Positions 58,833 to 64,000 of a DNA stretch of 64,000 nucleotides are shown piece after piece. Made by a program: the position numbers and the translations under genes. Position 1 is the first letter of the stretch, and every line of letters starts with the position of its first letter. Location of the stretch: positions 1 through 64,000 of the forward strand of contig JBNJGH010000005.1 of the NCBI GenBank assembly GCA_051747585.1, given 5' to 3'. The notes beneath the pieces are model-generated. The model had not been told where the DNA came from. It saw nothing but the letters and a program-made list of their open reading frames with translations, and ran no database searches. This stretch comes from Candidatus Rifleibacteriota bacterium. Lineage in GTDB: Bacteria > Muiribacteriota > Ozemobacteria > Ozemobacterales > Ozemobacteraceae.

Positions 58833-59741
58833 ATGTTTGTTTGCAGAAAAAAGGCAATAACTTTTCTTGAGATAATTGTTGCGGTGGCAATTCTATCTAT
58901 TGCGATGATTCCTCTGTTTGCTCTTATGAGTAAAGAAACAGTTGAGACCGACAAGAACGCTTCAGAGGCATTTGCCATAAACAAGGCCTCTGAAGTTCTT
59001 AATTCAGTTCTCGACAATATTCCTTTTGCCGCTCTCAGACAGGGGAATCCTGGATACATAAAGGTAGACGACTTAAAAGAGGGATTTGATACCGGTAAAT
59101 ACAGCGATACCTGGGCTAAAAATTTAAGCAAAATGCTTTTTGGCAACGAAGGTAAAGAATCTGCCGGTTATCCCTGTCGCGGCATAATAAAAGATGCCCG
59201 GGGCATTTACTATCTGGTTCATATGCGAGTTGAAGACGTGACCTCCAAGATCAAACCGCCCCGGCCTGATAAGGTTAGAGTTGGCCCGGCATTTCCCGAT
59301 GACAGTCCCACTTCTTTTTCTGAGCGCAACGAAATGACTTTTTCGTTTTTAAAAAATCCCGCTTTAATTTCAGACGGCAGCTGGTATGTTGATTATGCTG
59401 AAAATCCAAAAGATCCGGACAAACCTCTGACCGAACTGGACCTGGGTTCAGGGCGCGGAGTGGCAGAGCCCTCAAACAACATATACCTGGATCAGGGCAT
59501 GGAGGGGTATCCCCCGGACGCTCCCCGTTACCTGGATCCGACAGCAGTGCGATATACCCAGAAGATGATTAGTTCCAAAGTTCCCTATGACACAAGCGAA
59601 CAGTTTGCCTGGTGCACTATGAAAAAAGTTCTGGTACAAGTGCAATGGAACCTCGATCAGAAATTCTTTAAAACCCCGGGAACCGATGAGGGACGAGTGC
59701 AAAGAGTACATCTTATGACTCTGAAAGGGGATATAGACTGA
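58833..59741 (+). CDS. Type IV pilin-like / pseudopilin (PilV-like)
   Basis: Class III signal KKA|ITFLEIIVAVAIL. Confidence 0.75.
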   Translation: MFVCRKKAITFLEIIVAVAILSIAMIPLFALMSKETVETDKNASEAFAINKASEVLNSVLDNIPFAALRQGNPGYIKVDDLKEGFDTGKYSDTWAKNLSKMLFGNEGKESAGYPCRGIIKDARGIYYLVHMRVEDVTSKIKPPRPDKVRVGPAFPDDSPTSFSERNEMTFSFLKNPALISDGSWYVDYAENPKDPDKPLTELDLGSGRGVAEPSNNIYLDQGMEGYPPDAPRYLDPTAVRYTQKMISSKVPYDTSEQFAWCTMKKVLVQVQWNLDQKFFKTPGTDEGRVQRVHLMTLKGDID

Positions 59742-60601
59742 TGAAAGATCTTAAAGCAACCAACAAAAAACGTGGCGTAGCCATTGTAATAGCTATTTTT
59801 TTCTCATTTTGCATGCTGATCCTTTTTGTCACCATGATTTTTCAACGCACTGAGACTGCCGGTCACAATAAACTAACCGTAGAAGATCGCCAGGCGTTCT
59901 TTGCATCAAGAGCTGCAATACAGCATTTCCTCGTAAAAGCCAAACTTTTTCCAACCGAGCTTTATGATGCAGTTGAATTTTCTCTTGGCAAAAACCCGCT
60001 ATGTAATTTCACTGAATTTTCAGGAACCTATCAGGGCAGCAATGCTTTTGAACCGATGAGTTCAAAGCCTGAAGTTTATGTGAGAGTTCACCCAACCCGT
60101 GAGCTGGATATAAACAAAAAACCCAAATATTTTTATTTTCCGTTACCGAACACCAATGCCTTTATAAGGCTTGGAAGTTTTCACAATCCGGATTACCGTT
60201 TTCTTGCCAAAGGCCTTGCAACGAATGATCTTAAAAGCAGATATATCAAGCCCAAACGACCAGCCAAAAATTTGAAGCCCCATAAATACTTGAAATACTA
60301 CATTAGAGACTGTACTAACATGATTGTAGATAACACCAGAATGCAGCCTCCACTCGAAATAGTAATAGATAATGACATAAAAAAGATAACTGATTGGGAC
60401 GTGGCTACCAATGAAGGATATCCCTACACCCTACAATACAGGGTTCAAAACGTTGAAATTCAATCGATCAAGGGCTTGAGAAAATATGGCGAAGAAGCGA
60501 TTGAAATTGCAGTAGAAGGACAAACTAAAAACTTCCAGGGCAAATTAGCCAGTCAGATTCAAAAGAAAACCGAAAAAATCACCCGAAGAGGGGCATTATG
60601 A
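59741..60601 (+). CDS. PilX-like minor pilin
   Basis: KKRG|VAIVIAI (no Glu5) followed by QAFFASRAAIQ. Confidence 0.7.
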   Translation: MKDLKATNKKRGVAIVIAIFFSFCMLILFVTMIFQRTETAGHNKLTVEDRQAFFASRAAIQHFLVKAKLFPTELYDAVEFSLGKNPLCNFTEFSGTYQGSNAFEPMSSKPEVYVRVHPTRELDINKKPKYFYFPLPNTNAFIRLGSFHNPDYRFLAKGLATNDLKSRYIKPKRPAKNLKPHKYLKYYIRDCTNMIVDNTRMQPPLEIVIDNDIKKITDWDVATNEGYPYTLQYRVQNVEIQSIKGLRKYGEEAIEIAVEGQTKNFQGKLASQIQKKTEKITRRGAL

Positions 60602-61329
60602 TGTCTAAAAAAGCTTTCACCATGGTCGAGCTAATGGTGGCCTGCGTTATTCTCGCGCTTTTTATGGTTGGAGTTTATCAACTTTTTATCGGTGGAACAA
60701 AATCAGCCGGAAGAGCCCGATGGATAAGCGGAACCGTCGATCAGATGAGAAATGCCCTGACTCTATTGAATCGCGAAATTAAAAGTGCAACCTACCCATC
60801 GACTTTATTTAGCGACACTTTTTTTGATCCCTGCGACAATCCCGACAATTCAGTAGCAGAAGAATTTTATCTGAAAATTCTAAAAACAGGCGAGCCAATT
60901 ACACCACCAACTACCGGAGAACTAAAAATTATGGAATGGTCGGTTTGCGAACCCGAAAAACCACCCCAGCCGGGAAAAATTGTTAAACATGTGCTTGTCT
61001 TGAAAACCAGCAAAACTTCGGCAAAGGAAACTCTCGGAAGACTGCATCTTACATCTAATGCATTCAAATATACCACTGATAAAACAGCAGAATATGCCAA
61101 ATCGGGGAATTTATCGCTTACTCCAATCGAAGATGAAAAAAGTTCGAGAACCTTGGTTCACGATGTTCAATTTGTAGAATTTTCAGTTGCAGGCAATATT
61201 CCTCCAGATAAACCAGTAGACTTTTTTCCGATTTCGGTTAAAATACGTACTCTGTATCCTAAAGACAATAAAGTGTTCAAAGAAAACTCAATTATGGCAA
61301 CTCCACAAGTAGGTATTGATACATTTTAA
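60598..61329 (+). CDS. PilW/GspJ-like minor pilin
   Basis: KKA|FTMVELMVA...; L.REIKSA. Confidence 0.8.
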   Translation: MMSKKAFTMVELMVACVILALFMVGVYQLFIGGTKSAGRARWISGTVDQMRNALTLLNREIKSATYPSTLFSDTFFDPCDNPDNSVAEEFYLKILKTGEPITPPTTGELKIMEWSVCEPEKPPQPGKIVKHVLVLKTSKTSAKETLGRLHLTSNAFKYTTDKTAEYAKSGNLSLTPIEDEKSSRTLVHDVQFVEFSVAGNIPPDKPVDFFPISVKIRTLYPKDNKVFKENSIMATPQVGIDTF

Positions 61330-61352
61330 ATTTAACTGTATAGTGTTCTGTC

Positions 61353-62111
61353 ATGGCAAAAAAATGGCATCAACTAGAAAAATTAGATCATAAGGCTCTA
61401 AAAAAGCTTCAAGCTGAACGAGATCGTGCAGCTAAACAGGCAAGAGAAGCTCAAGAGCGCAAACGCCGCATGATTATTGGCGGCGCTATTTTGTTTGGCA
61501 TAATTTTCATACTCATATTCGTATCAATTATGAAAAACAGAGCTGCCGAAGTCGCTCGCAAAGAAGAGCGCGAAAAAATGCTTTTCTCAAAAGTTGTCAA
61601 GCACTCCGGAAACCTGCAGTGGAGAAATCTAGGTATCTGGAACAGATTTAAAGAAAATTTCGAATTCGACTCCCGGCATTCTTTCAGAACCGAAGAGGAC
61701 TCAAGCGTAACTGTCAAGCTTCAGCTCGACAACCAGTTAAAGCTTGCAGCAAATTCTGAAATGACAGTTTTTCCTCCCGAGCTTGCAAAAAAAGAGAACA
61801 AGGTGGTAAAAGAAGTTGTAGAGCTCAAAAGAGGCGAAGTAACCGCCGCCATATCTCTTGACGGCCGAGGAGTTTTACATATAGAGGTCAGTGGTATTTC
61901 CGTTAAAGGTTCCTCGGGCCTGTTTAAAGTTATTTATGAACGTAGTCAAGACAAAGGTGAAGTTGTTGTCAAAAACGGCCTGGTAGAAGTTTCCAAAATA
62001 AGAGGCAGCAGCAAGCCAACAAAAGTAGCGGGTTTTTATAAAGTTACTTTCAGTGGCAACGAAATCAGCGATCCCACCCAGGCGAGCGTTATACAATATG
62101 ACTGGCGCTGA
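61353..62111 (+). CDS. Single-TM FecR-domain protein
   Basis: Basic coiled N-terminus, TM, then RT..DS.V...L, L.ANSE, V.V.NGLVEV. Confidence 0.65.
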   Translation: MAKKWHQLEKLDHKALKKLQAERDRAAKQAREAQERKRRMIIGGAILFGIIFILIFVSIMKNRAAEVARKEEREKMLFSKVVKHSGNLQWRNLGIWNRFKENFEFDSRHSFRTEEDSSVTVKLQLDNQLKLAANSEMTVFPPELAKKENKVVKEVVELKRGEVTAAISLDGRGVLHIEVSGISVKGSSGLFKVIYERSQDKGEVVVKNGLVEVSKIRGSSKPTKVAGFYKVTFSGNEISDPTQASVIQYDWR

Positions 62112-62125
62112 AAAATTTCAAATTT

Positions 62126-64000
62126 ATGATACGCGTAATCAAAGCCAGGGTTCACAACCTTAAAGATCTTAGTGTTAATATACCCAGGAATTCTCTAACA
62201 GTTATTACCGGTGTTTCAGGTTCCGGGAAATCTTCTCTTGCATTTGACACCATTCATGCAGAAGGCCAGAGACGATACATGGAATCCTTGTCGTCTTACG
62301 CGCGCCAGTTTCTTCAACAGATGGAAAAACCTGATGTTGAAAGCATAGAAGGTCTTTCGCCAACCATAGCAATTCAGCAAAAATCAACCTCAAGAAATCC
62401 GAGATCAACTGTAGGCACCACAACCGAGCTTTACGATTATTTCAGATTACTGTTCGCGGCCATAGGAAAACCCCACTGCCCGGAATGCGGTAGCGGAGTA
62501 GAAAGCTCAAGCCCGTCGAAAATTGTCGATAATCTGCTTAAATATCCTCTTAAAACCAGATTAACCCTACTGGCTCCTGTTATAAGAGGTAGAAAAGGCG
62601 AATATATAAAAGTATTTGAAGAGTTGCGTAAAGAGGGCCTTTCAAGAGTCAGGGTCGATGGCGATATGTGGTCTCTCGATGAAGAACTGCCCGAACTCGA
62701 TCGCAATCGCAAACACAACATAGAGGTTGCAGTAGATCGCATAAAACTTAAAAACAAAGACAACGATTCTTTGCGGGCCAGACTGAATGAAGGTGTAGAA
62801 CTCTGTTTTAAACTTGCTGACGGCCAACTTCTTATTATTATCGATTCGCCGGAACAAGACAAGCCACTGGAAAAAATATATAGTGAAAATCTTCATTGTC
62901 CGGTTTGCGATATTTCACTTCCCGAAATAAAACCAAGGCTTTTTTCTTTCAATGCTCCTTACGGATCATGCCCATCTTGCTCAGGGCTGGGAATGCAGCT
63001 TGTCGCCGAAGCCGAACTTGTGGTTCCGGACCCGGATTTATCAATAGCTCAGGGAGCTATTGCTTCAGAGAACTTTGCAGAAGCCAGCTTTTCTCGACAA
63101 TGGATGGAAGGACTGGCACAGAACTATGACTTCAGACTCGACACACCATTTAAAAAACTGCCCGAGAAAATAAAAAACATAATCTTTTACGGCACAGGCA
63201 GCAAAAAACTCAACATTAAATATCAGGGCAGAACCATGAAAGGCTCAATAAACAGGCCCTTTGAAGGGTTATTGCCAACAATAGAGCGTCGATTTAGAGA
63301 AACCCGTTCAGAAGGTGCCAAGCGTTTTTATGAAAAATTTATGCGCACCCATACCTGCCCTGATTGCAACGGGCAAAGACTTGGGCCCATCGCTCTTTCT
63401 GTAAGAATCAAGGGCGAAAATATTCATCAGCTGACCCAGCATCCGGTAGGCGAGCTGGTAGAATTCTTTGACAATCTAAAACTTAATGAAAAAGAAGCTT
63501 TTATCTGTAAAAAAATTCTCGAACAAATAAAAAACAGATTAAAATTTCTCAACGACGTAGGCCTCGACTACCTTAACCTTTCGCGCGCAGCTCACACCTT
63601 GTCGGGCGGTGAGGCTCAACGCATAAGGCTTGCAACTCAAATTGGCTCTGCTTTGGTCGGTATAACCTATGTGCTGGACGAACCAAGCATTGGCCTGCAC
63701 TCAAGAGACAACAAACGCCTCATTGCCACCCTTAAACGCCTCAGAGACATTGGCAATACCGTGTTGGTCGTAGAACATGACCGCGAAATAATGCGGGAAG
63801 CCGACAATATAATAGATCTTGGCCCCGGTGCCGGCATAAAAGGCGGCGAACTCGTAACTGAGGGTCATTTCAACGAAGTAATTAAAGACAAAAAAAGTAT
63901 GACCGGCCATTTTCTAGCAGGACGTGAGTTTATTTCCATTCCCGAAAAAAGAAGAAAAGGCAACGGCAGAAGTGCTCTCCTTAAAGGCGCTTCACACAAC
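62126..64000 (+). CDS. uvrA: Excinuclease ABC subunit A (partial, runs off window end)
   Basis: Not in the ORF track. MIRVIKARVHNLK...TGVSGSGKSSLAFDTIHAEGQRRY.ESLS.YARQF, later LSGGEAQRIRLATQIG and LDEPSIGLH. Confidence 0.97.
   Translation, partial: MIRVIKARVHNLKDLSVNIPRNSLTVITGVSGSGKSSLAFDTIHAEGQRRYMESLSSYARQFLQQMEKPDVESIEGLSPTIAIQQKSTSRNPRSTVGTTTELYDYFRLLFAAIGKPHCPECGSGVESSSPSKIVDNLLKYPLKTRLTLLAPVIRGRKGEYIKVFEELRKEGLSRVRVDGDMWSLDEELPELDRNRKHNIEVAVDRIKLKNKDNDSLRARLNEGVELCFKLADGQLLIIIDSPEQDKPLEKIYSENLHCPVCDISLPEIKPRLFSFNAPYGSCPSCSGLGMQLVAEAELVVPDPDLSIAQGAIASENFAEASFSRQWMEGLAQNYDFRLDTPFKKLPEKIKNIIFYGTGSKKLNIKYQGRTMKGSINRPFEGLLPTIERRFRETRSEGAKRFYEKFMRTHTCPDCNGQRLGPIALSVRIKGENIHQLTQHPVGELVEFFDNLKLNEKEAFICKKILEQIKNRLKFLNDVGLDYLNLSRAAHTLSGGEAQRIRLATQIGSALVGITYVLDEPSIGLHSRDNKRLIATLKRLRDIGNTVLVVEHDREIMREADNIIDLGPGAGIKGGELVTEGHFNEVIKDKKSMTGHFLAGREFISIPEKRRKGNGRSALLKGASHN

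Noticed and set aside
62100..62130. LexA/SOS box upstream of uvrA
   Set aside because: The gap is only 14 bp and contains no recognisable palindrome.
62205..63910. Short ORFs listed in the track in this interval
   Set aside because: They are antisense or out-of-frame shadows of uvrA, which the track missed because it lacks a stop in the window.

Overview
This 64-kb window is core chromosome from a low-to-moderate GC diderm bacterium. The abundant TPR proteins, SLH/OmpM-type envelope proteins, Firmicutes-like spoVG-tRNA-glmU-prs and tmk-yaaR gene order, and Ala-type prepilins suggest a candidate-phylum lineage such as Ca. Riflebacteria (inference only). Housekeeping genes include hemW, lgt, glyQS, argS, tmk, rapZ, spoVG, tRNA-Gln, a short glmU, prs, a PIN-PhoH gene and a partial uvrA. 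Other content includes an envelope operon (SLH-barrel, DDG-motif lipoprotein, glucodextranase DOMON-like protein, FadL/PorV-like barrel), two GGDEF genes, one HD-GYP gene, an orphan partner-switch pair, an orphan DNA methyltransferase and three pilin-like genes. I found no CRISPR array, prophage or intact transposase. The main unexplained signals are: (i) a ~355-nt nested fold-back element (21385-21739) whose G-U wobbles mostly favour the minus strand, directly upstream of a J-like/TPR/tandem cold-shock-domain gene; (ii) a dispersed family of intergenic elements sharing its ends, one with MITE-like TIRs and a 9-bp direct repeat; (iii) several apparent pseudo-enzymes (YmdB-like, peptidase MA-like, HPD-less J domain); and (iv) sigma28-like promoters driving unknown small proteins. 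All product calls come from motifs read by eye, with no database search.
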